The translations under genes were made by a program, and so were the position numbers. A DNA stretch of 62,389 nt, counting the filler, from Chiloscyllium plagiosum (taxonomy: Eukaryota), in the NCBI RefSeq assembly GCF_004010195.1. It is 5 parts of one record of this genome, joined end to end, with 100 filler letters (N's around TTAATTAATTAA, not from the genome) between each part and the next. Parts side by side here need not be neighbours in the genome. Positions count along the whole stretch, not along the records: positions 1 to 26,206 come from NC_057711.1; positions 26,307 to 40,308 come from NC_057711.1; 3 more parts are not named here. One strand, 5' to 3'. Within the stretch, counting starts at the first letter, position 1, and each line of letters starts with the position of its first letter. Below the pieces are notes generated by a model. That model was not told where the DNA came from and ran no database searches. It was given only the letters and a program-made list of their open reading frames with translations. Below are positions 25,008 through 35,830 of this stretch, one piece after another.

Positions 25008-25215
25008 GGTAGAAAGTAAGGACTGCAGATGCTGGAGATCAGAGTCGAGACTGTGGTGCTGGAAAAGCACAGCAGGTCAGGCAGCATCCGAGGAGCAGGA
25101 GAATCGATGTTTCAGGCATAAGCCCTTCATCAGGAGGCTTATGCTCGAAACGTCAATTCTCCTGCTTCTCGGATGCTGCCTGACCTACTGTGCTTTTCCA
25201 GCATGACACTCTCGA
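25008..25215. mobile_element. Palindromic PLE pLTR pair, 15-bp TSD
   Basis: ctatcatcctggaca (24993-25007) / ctattatcctggaca (25216-25230). Confidence 0.8.
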
Positions 25216-25845
25216 CTATTATCCTGGACAACAACTGATTGCAGACTATCATCTGTAACATTAATATTGTGTTCGTTTACACTGTGGGATTTTGCAATGC
25301 AGAAACAGCTATGGAAATGAGGGTTGGGGAGTTCGGGAGGGGTGGTGTGCTCGAGGTTGGGGTGCTAAAATTGCATGGAATGACATTGGCTCCAAACTTC
25401 AATATCGTCAGATCCAAACACCAATGGCATCATGCTGGGGCCCAATGTAATGACAGGCAAACAGAGTCACAAAATTATTACTGTACAGAAGGAGAATTCG
25501 ACCCACTGTGTCTGCTCCAGCTCTCTGAGTATTTTAACTTGGTTTTCCCCATAACACTCACATTGATGGCCCAGTGCTATTATTACTGAACTATTAATCC
25601 AGATACCCAAGTAATGTTCCAAGGACTTGGGTTCAAATCATGCCATGGCAGATGCGAGAATATGAATCCAATAAAAATCTAGAATTAGATTTACGGTCAT
25701 CTAATGAAGACTGTAAATCCATTGTCAATATTTGGGGAAAAAAAACAATCTGGCTTACTAATGTCCTTTAGAGTAGGAACTGACATTTTTACCTTGTCTG
25801 GACTGCATGTGACTCCAGACCCACAGCAATGTGGTTGACTCTTAT

Positions 25846-26204
25846 CTGATGTAGATGATGTGTGTGGAGGTGCAGGTGAATTTGTGACGGGTATGGAAGG
25901 ATCGCTTGGGGCCTTGGAGGGAAGTGAGGGGGAAGGTGTGGGCGCAAGTTTTGCATTTCTTGCAGTTGCAGGGGAAGGTGCCAGGAGTGGAGGTTGGGTT
26001 AGTGGGGGGTGTGGACCTGATGAGGGAGTCGCGGAGGGAGTGGTCTTTCTGGAACGCTGATAGGGGAGGGGAGGGAAATATATCCTTGGTGGTGGGGTCT
26101 GTTTGGAGGTGGCGGAAATGACGAAGGATGATACGATGTATCTGGATGTTGGTGGGGTGGTAGGTGAGGACCAGTGGGGTTCTGTCCTGGTGGCGATTGG
26201 AGGG
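25846..26204 (-). mobile_element. Neptune-type Penelope-like element ORF fragment (linker, Cys cluster, start of GIY-YIG)
   Basis: Manual translation: RTPLVLTYHPTN...IFPSPPLSAFQKDHSLRDSLIRS...GTFPCNCKKCKTC...FTCTSTHIIY, no stop codons. Confidence 0.85.
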
Positions 26205-26206
26205 GC

Positions 26207-26306
26207 NNNNNNNNNNNNNNNNNNNNNNNNNNNNNNNNNNNNNNNNNNNNTTAATTAATTAANNNNNNNNNNNNNNNNNNNNNNNNNNNNNNNNNNNNNN
26301 NNNNNN
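26207..26306. other. Assembly gap spacer (N44-TTAATTAATTAA-N44)
   Basis: Exactly 100 bp with a six-frame stop linker; the same spacer occurs four times. Confidence 0.97.
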
Positions 26307-26309
26307 TTG

Positions 26310-26476
26310 TACTCTATGCCACTCTCTCCCCACCCCCACCCTCCTCTAGCTTATCTCTCCACGCTTCAGGCTCTCTGCCTTTATTCCTGATGAAGGGCTT
26401 TTGCCCGAAACGTCGATTTTGCCTGTCCTCGGATGCTGCCTGAATTGCTGTGCTCTTCCAGCACCACTGATCCAGA
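26310..26476 (+). mobile_element. PLE pLTR with intact hammerhead core at 26387-26414
   Basis: CTGATGA-A-GGGC-TTTT-GCCC-GAAACGTC. Confidence 0.8.
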
Positions 26477-27195
26477 GCCTGGCATTTATTACCCATCCAG
26501 TACTGAAGTAGGTGGCATAGCTAGCACATCGCTATAGGTCTGGAGACACATAGGCCAGACGCAGACAGCAGATAGCTGATAGCAGATAGCAAATAGCAAG
26601 ACATTAGTGGAAAATCGGTATTCATGACAAGCATTACAGTGTCCATTAGACTAATTTTTAATTCCAGATTTTTATTTATTGAACTCAAATTACACCTTCT
26701 TCCATTGTGGGATTCAAACCCACATTATAGGCCATGAGACATTGAGTACTTGGTCTGGTGAATTACAAAACCGCTGCTACCACTACCTACCCCTACCCTC
26801 CAGAATCATTTTAATTCATTATTCAATGTAGGATTAACAGTTTCATGTTTTTTAATGATTTGCAGAATATACAGACAGAAGCAGAATGCTTGGCTCAATC
26901 AAGGGAGCCAATGGCCGAGTGGTCTTATCACTGGACTCTTAGTCAAATGTCCTGGAGCCCTGCTTTCGAATCCCACCATGGCAGATGGTATAATTTGAAT
27001 TTAATAAAAGTCTGGAATTAAGAGTCTCATGATGACCATTGTCAATTGTTGGAAAAATTGATTCACTAATGTCTTTCAGGGAAGGAAACTGCCATCCTTA
27101 TCTGGTTTGGCCTATACGTGACTCCAGCCACTCCAGCCAATTTGGTTGACTCTTAACTGCCCTCCAGACAATTAGGAATGGGAAGATGCATCACC

Positions 27196-28622
27196 GGTGA
27201 GCCTAACATTAGTGGTGGGTAAGTTGTTGGAGGGAATCCTGAGGGTAGAATTTACATGTATCTGGCTTGAATGTAGAATACAGAGGGTGGTGGTGGAGGG
27301 TTGCCTTTCAGACTGGAGGCCTGTGACCAGTGGTGTGCCACAAAGATCAGTGCTGGGTCCACAGCTTTTTGTCATTTATATAAATAATTTGGATGCGAGC
27401 ATGGCAGATATAATTAGTAAGTTTGCAAAAGACACTAAAATTGGAGGTGTAGTGGAGAGCAAAGAAGGTTACCTCAGAGTACAATGGGATCTTGATCAGA
27501 TGGGCCAAGGAGTGGCCAATGGAGTTTAATTTAGATAAATGTAAGGTGCTGCGTTTTGGAAAGGCAAATCAGGACACAACTTATACATTTAATGGCAAGG
27601 TTCTACAGAGTGTTGCTGAACAAGGAGTGCAGATTCATAGCTCTTGAAAGTAGAGTCGCAGGTAGATAGGTTAGTGAAGATGGCGTTTGATTAGTTTACT
27701 TACAGTGTGGAAACAGGCCCTTCGGCCCAACAAGTCCACATTGACCCGCCGAAGCGCAACCCACCCATACCCTGACATTTACCCCTTTTACCTAACACTA
27801 CGGACAATTTAGCATGGCCAATTCACCTGACCTGCACATCTTTGGACTGTGGGAGGAAACCGGAGCACCCGGAGAAATCCCACGCAGACACGGGGAGAAT
27901 GTGCAAATTCCACACAGTCAGTCACCTGAGTCGGGAATTGAACCTGGGTCTCTGGCGCTGTGAGGCAGCAGTGCCGGCCACAGTTTGGTTTGCTTTCCTT
28001 TATTGGTCAGAGTATTTAGTACAGGAGTTGGGAGGTCATGTTGCGAATGTCCAGGACATTGGAATTCTGGCTACTTTTGAAATACTGTGTGCAATTCTGG
28101 TCTCCCTCTGAAAGGAAGGATGTTGTGAAATGTGAAAGGGTTCAGAAAAGATTTACAAGGATGCTGCCATGGTTGGAGGATTTGAGCTAAAGGGAAAAGC
28201 TGAATAGGCTGGAGCTGTTTTCCCTGGAGTGTCGGAGGCTGAGGGGTGACCTTATAGAGGTTTATAAAATCATGAGGGGCATGGATAGGATAAATAGACA
28301 AGACCTTTTCCCTGGGTTGGGGGAATCCAGAACTAGACGGCATAGGTTTAGGGTGAGAGGGGGAAAATATAAAGTGACCTCGGGGCAACCTTTTCAAGCA
28401 GAAGGTGGTACATGTATGGAATGAGCTGCCAGAGGATGTGGTGGAGACTGGTACAATTACAACATTTAAAAGACATCTGGACGGGTATATGAATAGGAAG
28501 GGTTTAGAGGGATATGGACCAAAAGTTGACAAGTGGGACTAGATTAGGTTAGGATATTTGGTTGGTAATGCTGAGTTGGACCGGAGGGTCTGTTTCCATG
28601 CTGCACATCTCTATGACTCTAT
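27196..28622 (+). mobile_element. CR1/HER1-type LINE ORF2 and 3' UTR
   Basis: SGVPQRSVLGPQLFVIYIN, KFAKDTKIGG, (ctatgact)n tail. Confidence 0.92.
27690..27983 (-). mobile_element. HE1-type SINE inside CR1
   Basis: Reverse complement of HE1. Confidence 0.9.
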
Positions 28623-29030
28623 CAGCAGCTAGAAAGGAAAAATGGAATGAAGATGGACCACCTGGCATCAACCCTGGCACATGAAACAGCAACAGAAAAA
28701 ACAGCCCTTTAGACCCTGCAATATCTGGGGGCGAGTGCCAAAGTTGTGAGAGTTGTCACTGACTAGTCAAGCAACAGCCTGATATAGCCATACTCTCAGG
28801 ATCATACCTTACGGGCAATGTCTTTGACACCATCCTTACCATCCCTGCTCCACTAGCAAGATAGACCTAGCAGAAGGGATGGCATAGTGGTATACAGTCA
28901 GGAGAGAATTGTCCTTGGGGTCCTGACCATTGAATCCGGACCTCAAAGCCTCCCTTGGCTGATGACTCTATGCTTCATGTTGAGCAACACTTGGAGGAAG
29001 CACTGAGGTGGCAAGGGTAAAAATAATGTA

Positions 29031-29240
29031 TTCTAGACTAGAGTGGTGCTGGAAAAGCACAGCAGTTCAGGCAGCATCCGAGGAGCAGGAGAATCGATGT
29101 TTCAGGCAAAAGCCATTCATCCGGAATTGAGGCTTGGCTTTTGCCCGTAATGTCGATTTTCCTGCTCCTCGGATGCTGCCTGAACTGCTGTGCTTTTCCA
29201 GCACCACTCTAATCTAGAATCTGGTTTCCTTGTTTTTACC
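29031..29240. mobile_element. Palindromic PLE pLTR pair, exact 13-bp TSD
   Basis: taaaaataatgta at 29018-29030 and 29241-29253. Confidence 0.82.
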
Positions 29241-31007
29241 TAAAAATAATGTACACTGGGGTTGGGGATTTCAATGCCCATCACTAAGAGTGGCTCAGCA
29301 GCTGTACTACTGATCAAGCTGATTGGGTCCTAAAAGACATAACTGCTAGACTGGGTCTGCAGTAGGTGGTGAGGGAACCAACAAGAGGGCAAAACATACT
29401 TGACCTCATCCTTACCAATCTGCCAGCTGCAGATGCATGTGTCCATAACAGTATCGGTAAGAGTAACCACAGTCCTTGTGGAGACGAAGTCCCACCTTCA
29501 CATTGAGAATACCTTCCATCATGTTGTATGGCACCATGTTAAACTGGACAGACTTCGAACAGATCTAGCAACTCCAGAATGGGCATCCATGAGGCGCTGT
29601 GGCCCATCAACCGCAGCAGAATTATACTCCAGCACAATCTGTAACCTTATAGTCCAGCAATCCCCCATTCAACCATTCCCATCAAGACGGGGGATCAACC
29701 CTGGTTCAATGAAGAGTACTGGAGGCAGCACCAAGCATATCTAAACATTTGGTCTTAAGTCTGGTGAAGCTACCAAACAGGGCTATTCGCAAGTTTTAGG
29801 CAGCTAAATGATTCCTCAAACAGTGGATGAGACCGAAGTTCTGAAGTCCTGGGCACATCCAGTCATGAATGGTGGTGGTCAATTAAATAACTCACTGGAG
29901 AAGGAGGCTCCACAAATATCCCCATCCTCAATGAAAGCGGAGCCCAATACATCGGTGCAAAAGACAAGGCTCAAGCATCTAGAGCAATCTTCAGTCAGAA
30001 GTGCCGAATGGCTGATCAATATCGGCATCCTCGTGAGCTCCCTAGCGTCACAGGTACCAGGATTCTGCCAATTCGATTCACGTCATGTGATATCAAGGAA
30101 TGGGCTGGTGGCACTGGATACTGCAAAGAGTATAGGCCCTGACAATATTCCTGCAATAGTGCTGAGGATTTGTGCTCCAGAAAAGGCCATGCCACAAGCC
30201 AAGTTGTTCCAGTATAACACTGGCATTCACTCAACAGTGTGGAAATTTGCCCAAATGTGTCCTGTGCACAAAAAAACAGGACAATTCCAACTGGGCAAAT
30301 TATTGCCCCATCAGCCCATTCTCGATCATCAATAAAGTGAAGGAAGGAGTAATTAACTGTGACATTCAGCAGCATCTCCTCAGTGATGCCCAGTTTGGGT
30401 TCCGCCATGGCCACTCAGCTCCTGACTTCATTAGAGCCTTGGTTCTAACGTGGACAAAAGAGCTGAATTCCAGAGAGGAGATGAGAGCAACAGCCCTTGA
30501 CATCAAGGCCACATTCAACCAAGTGTGACATCAAGGAGCCCTAGCAAAACTGGAATCAATAGGAATCGGGGGGGCAAACTCTGTGCTGGTTGGAGTCCAA
30601 GTCTGGCACAAAGGAAGATAGGTTAGTCACCTCAGCTCCAGGGCATCTCTCCAGCAGTTCCTCAGAATAGTGTCCTAGGTACGATCATCTTCAGCCACTT
30701 CCCCAATGACCTTCCCATTTTCACAAACTCAGAGTGGGGATGTTCACTGATGGTTGCATATGTTTAACATCATTTGTGGCTCTAAGATACTGAAGCAGTC
30801 CATATCCAAATGCTGCAAAACCCAGGCAAAATTCAGGCTTGAGCTGAAAGGTGATAAGTATCATTTGTGCCACACAAATATCAGACAATGACCATCTCCA
30901 ACAAGAGAGAATCTACCCATCATCGCTTGGCATTCAGTGGTCTTAACTTCACTGAAACTCCACTATCGATAACCTGGGGGGTTACCATTGAGTAAAAACC
31001 TCAATTG

Positions 31008-31217
31008 CTGAAAATGTGTTGCTGGAAAAGCGCAGCAGGTCAGGCAGCATCCAGGGAACAGGAGAATCGACGTTTCGGGCATAAGCCCTTCTTCAGGAAG
31101 GGCTTATGCCCGAAACGTCGATTCTCCTGTTCCCTGGATGCTGCCTGACCTGCTGCGCTTTTCCAGCAACACATTTTCAGCTCTGATCTCCAGCATCTGC
31201 AGACCTCACTTTCTCCT
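31008..31217. mobile_element. Young palindromic PLE pLTR pair, exact 15-bp TSD, intact hammerhead core at 31069-31096 (-)
   Basis: taaaaacctcaattg at 30993-31007 and 31218-31232; arms 31007-31091 and 31097-31181. Confidence 0.88.
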
Positions 31218-31989
31218 TAAAAACCTCAATTGGACTTGCCAAATAGGTATAGTGGCTACAAGAGCAGGTCAGAATCTAGTGTCACCTCCTGATTCCCCTG
31301 AGCTTGACAGTATAGACAAGGCACAAGTCAGGAGGGGATGGAATACATTTCCAACAATACTCAAGAAATTGCTGCCATCCTGGACAAAGCAGTGCACTTG
31401 ATTGGCACTTCATCCACCACTGACGTTCAGTAGCTACGGTGTTTATCATCTACAAGATGCACTGCAGAAATTCACCAAAGATCCTGAGACAGCACCTTCC
31501 AAACCCACAACCATAGATAGACAAGGGCAGCAGATACATGTGAACACCACCCCCTGCAAGTTCTCCTCCAAGCCACTCACCATCCAGACTTGAAAATAAA
31601 TCGCTGTTCCTTCAGTGTCATTGGGTAAAAATCCTGGAACTCTGTCCCTAAGGGTATTGTGGGTCTACTTACAACACATGAATTGCAGCGGGTCAAGAAG
31701 GCAGCTCACCACCACCTTCTCAAGAGCAACAAATGCTAACCTAGCCAGCAACACCACATCCCATGAGTGTATTTGCAAAAACGTCACTGGTCAGTGCAAT
31801 CTATATGTCTCTGAACAGCAACCACAATGAAGGATGAAATATACAAGAAGAATTTTTTTTATTTTATTCACTCATGTTGCTGGCTGGCTAGCATTTATTT
31901 CCTACCCCTAGGTGAAATTACTCCAGATCCACTGCCATATAGCTGATCCTCAGCTGCCCTCTGAAATGGTCGAGCAAGGGAGGAAGATA

Positions 31990-33460
31990 GAAAACAGCAT
32001 ATTACAGACCAGTTAGCTTGATGTATGTCAGAGGGAAGTGGTTGATTGAGTATTAAGGAGGTTATAACTGGGCAATTGGAAAAGCTCAAGGTAATAGGGC
32101 AGAGTCAGCATGGCTTTGAGAAAGGGAAATCCTGTTTCACCAATTTTTTTGGAAATCATTGAATGAGTAACTTGTTCTGATGAAGGACTTTTGCCCGAAA
32201 CGTCGATTTTACTGCTCCTCGGATGCTGCCTGAACTGCTGTGCTTTTCCAGTCTAATCTAGACTCTGGTTTCCAGCATCTGCAGTCATTGTTTTTACCAA
32301 GTAACTTGTTCTGTAAATGAAGAGGGGTTGTCGACATACTGTACTTGGATTTCCAGGAGGCATTTGAAAAAGATCCGCATAAATGATTACTGTGCAATAT
32401 AGGAACTCATGAGGTGGATAACATACTTGTATGGATAAAGAATTGGCTGGCTCAGAACGCAGGGAATATGAATAAATGGGTGTCTTCAAGATTGGCAGGA
32501 TGTGACAAGTATGGTCCTGCAGGGGTCTGTGTTGGCCCCTTACCTTTTTATCATCTATAACAATGACTCAGATAAAATGATTAAAGGCACACTGACTAAA
32601 TATGCAGAAGACACAAAGACAGGTAGGAAAGTATGTTGTGAAGAAGATATAACAAAGATGCAGACCGATATAGACAAGTGAGGTGAGTAGTCAAACATCT
32701 GCCAAAGGGAGTATAATATGGAAAAACGTGAAGTTTCCACTTTGGCAGGAAGAATAAAAAAAAATTATTATTTAAATGGAGAACAACTACAGAATTCCAA
32801 CATGTTTAGGTGTTCTAATACATAAGTTGCCAAAACAGTCGTATGCAGGTATAGCATGCAATCAGGAGGCTAATGGGTTGTTAGATTGCCTGAGGAAATG
32901 AACATAAAAGTAAGGATGTTTCAGTTTTTCAGGACACTAGTGAGACCACATCTAAAATAGTATGCGGTTTTGATCTCCTTATTTAAGGATGGATATAAAT
33001 ACATTGCAAGTGATTCAGAGGATTTTACTGGATTAATACGTGGAATAAGCGTATTTCCTCATAAGATTGGATTTGATAGGCTGGACTTGTTTTCACTAGA
33101 GGTCAGCAGAGTGAGGGGCGATTTGACTGAAGTTTATAATGGCGGTGACAAGATGAATGTGGAAAGGATGTTTATTCTTGTGAGTGAGTCCAAAACTAGG
33201 GAATGCTGTTTAAAATGAGAGGCCGCCCTTTTAGTACAGAGGTGATGGGACTTATGCAATTTTGGAACTCGGCAGCAGTGAAGGCGGGGCCATTGAATAT
33301 TTTTAAGGTGGAACTAGATAGATTGTTAGACAGCGAATCAAAAAGTATTGTGGATAAAATGAAATTGTGGAATTCTGAACACAAACCGATTAGCTAGGAC
33401 CTCATTGAAAACTTGAAGGGACAAATGGCCTACCATTTTTACTAATTTACACATTTGTAT
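31990..33460 (+). mobile_element. Decayed CR1 LINE ORF2 and 3' UTR
   Basis: SQHGFEKGKSC, YLDFQ, KYAEDTK and DRLDLFSLE motifs. Confidence 0.85.
32180..32299 (+). mobile_element. Solo PLE pLTR starting at the hammerhead core, 14-bp TSD
   Basis: agtaacttgttctg at 32166-32179 and 32300-32313. Confidence 0.82.
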
Positions 33461-34140
33461 GTAACTTATGCTGCCACATCCAACAATTTATGCACGGACA
33501 TAACCAGGTACCTCTGCTCCAGCAACCCCTTTAGAATTGTACCCTTTGTTTTATATTAAGGAGAAAGGAACACCCAAGGAGGGAGAGTGAGATAAATAAA
33601 GCAAAAGACATGCAGACAATTATCAGGAAAACAGTCAGAGTAGAAAAATAACACACACATTCCACCTCGTGCAATGTTAGAGCAGAGTGATTCATGTAAA
33701 ATAATCATGGATTATAGATCTGAGAATAAGTGGTTTAAAAGAGTTAGTGAGGAGAAAAAAAATATGATTACCGATGAGTCAGACAAATGACAAACACACT
33801 GGTGAGGTCTTATAAATTGAAGAATAATTGAATTCAAAGCTGAGCATGATTAAGCCACTATGTATTGAACAGCTTAATATTATACTGTTTCTTCTATGTT
33901 GTTGTTGTAAAGGAGGACTGACCCAGCATCAATTTTTCCTCATGGCTATTTTTAGATTTCATTTCTCGCAACATTGTTTGAGGTGCAAACCCATCGTGCC
34001 AATTGTTTGGAATGGACTGGTTGGACAGGATGCCTGTTTGATCTGATGCCATGGCACTTTCAGGAGTCTGGACTCAATGATGACAGCACCATCTTCCTAA
34101 TGTTATATCACTGTGCCAACCTCTCTGGTAGATTTGTTCT

Positions 34141-34590
34141 AGGTTTGTGAGAAGATTTGTAGCTCGGGTGCTCGTTGTTGTGGTTCTGTTTGCCGAGCTG
34201 GGAATTTGTGTTGCATACATTTCGTCCCCTGTCTCAGTGACGTCCACAGTGCTTGGGAGCCACCTGTGAAGCACTTCTGTGTTGTTTCCTCCGGCATTTA
34301 TAGGGGTTTGTCTCTGCCGCTTCCTGTTGTCAGTTCCAGCTGTTCGCTGCAGTGGCCAGTATATTGGTTCCAGGTCGATGCGTTTGTTGATAGAATCTGT
34401 GGATGAGTGCCATTCCTCTAGGAATTCCCGGCTGTTCGCTGTTTGGCTTGTCCTATAATAGTAGTGTTGTCCCAGTTGAACTCATGTTGCTTGTCATCTG
34501 CGTGTGTGGCTACTAAAGATAGCTGGTTGTGTCGTTTCGTGGCTAGTTGGTGTTCATGGATACAGATCGTTAGCTGTCTTCCTGCTTGTT
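34141..34590 (-). mobile_element. Poseidon-type Penelope-like element 3' end (GIY-YIG C-terminus and pLTR)
   Basis: GRQLTICIHEHQLATKRH...HEFNWDNTTII; degenerate hammerhead at about 34215-34255. Confidence 0.85.
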
Positions 34591-34659
34591 CTGTCATTGG
34601 AATAGGACATACCAGGGATGGTGTTGTCTGTGGCATTATCTGTAAGCTATGAATTGCTG

Positions 34660-35830
34660 TTTGATCATAATTTTGAGTTTCTTCCTCCCTTCTGTTTCCT
34701 GAATTAAAGCTATTTCTGGTACGTCACTTCTATCCTCTATAGTGAAGACCAATGTACAATACCTGTCTGATTCATTTACTATTTCTTTATCTTCCATTAT
34801 TAATTTACCAAACTCATTTTCTGCAGGACTTCCTCTTCATTAATTCCTTACTTTTTAAAACATCTATAAAAACACTTACTGTGTGTTCCCATCCTTAATA
34901 ACTTTTTAGTCATTTTTTGCTGATGTATAAACTATGTCCAATCTTCTGAATTGCTATACATATTTATATAATAAATGCCTTTTCTTTAAGTTTAATACTA
35001 TATTTAACTTTTTTTTAAGTTAACCACAGAAGGTGAATCTTTCCCTTGGATTCTTTTCCCCTCATTGGATTCTGTGTGCTCTGAAATATTCCCTTAAATG
35101 TCCACTCCGGCTTTTTTGATGCTCCATCCTTTAACCTTACTTGCTTGTTCATGTTAACATTCAGCAATCATAACTGCATTCATTTAAATTTAAAATACTA
35201 CTCTTTGACCCTCTCCTTGCTTCCCTCAAATTTTCAGATCATACTATATCACTGCTAACCTGAGGCAGCTTCCCTAAAAAATCTTAATTAATCCTATGTT
35301 GTTGCACAATACCAGGTCCACATAGTCTGCTCTCTGGTTGGCTGTAGTTCCAAGTAACTATTCCAAAAAAATTCTGTGAACTCCTCAGCTAGGTTATCTT
35401 TGCTCATCTGATTTTCCAGACGACATGCAGATTACCACCCCTTCCCCCCGCACCCCTCCCCCTCTCTTACTGTTAAGAGGCCTGTGTACCATTCGCTCAA
35501 ATGTCTGGATCCTGGAGTTCTGACTCTGCTTTCTCTCCACAGATGCTGTCAGATCTGCTGTGTTTCTCTAGGTATTTCTGATTTTGTCCCCCATTTGTCT
35601 TGTCTTTATTATCTCCAAGCAAACTGTTTTATATTTACTTATTTATTTCTATTTGGGCTACCAGTTCATCTGTTCTGAGTGTTACCTGCATTTAGATAGT
35701 GTCTTTAGTTTTGTGTTTTTGTTACTTCTGTTAGCTCGAACTTTATCAGTTGCTTTCCTCTCAGATTTGTACTTGCCATTCTTCCCTGCCCAGGTCTGCT
35801 TATTATTTCCCACAGAGTTAATTACCACAG
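34660..35830 (-). mobile_element. Highly decayed CR1 LINE (endonuclease region) with a PLE pLTR remnant at about 35440-35590
   Basis: Reverse-strand EEFTEFFWNSYLE..QPTREQT.DLVLCN endonuclease-like motif. Confidence 0.6.

Larger units (their letters stand above)
28640..31790 (+). mobile_element. Long decayed LINE ORF2 (APE endonuclease + RT), CR1/L2 superfamily, distinct from the HER1 type
   Basis: GDFNAHH (endonuclease); GPDNIPA, NYCPIS, QFGFR, ALDIKATF (RT); many frameshifts. Further minus-strand pieces at about 13590-14300 and 41328-41680. Confidence 0.85.

Noticed and set aside
26251..26262. TTAATTAATTAA palindrome recurring four times
   Set aside because: It is always centred in an exactly 100-bp N block, so it is an artificial six-frame-stop scaffold linker.
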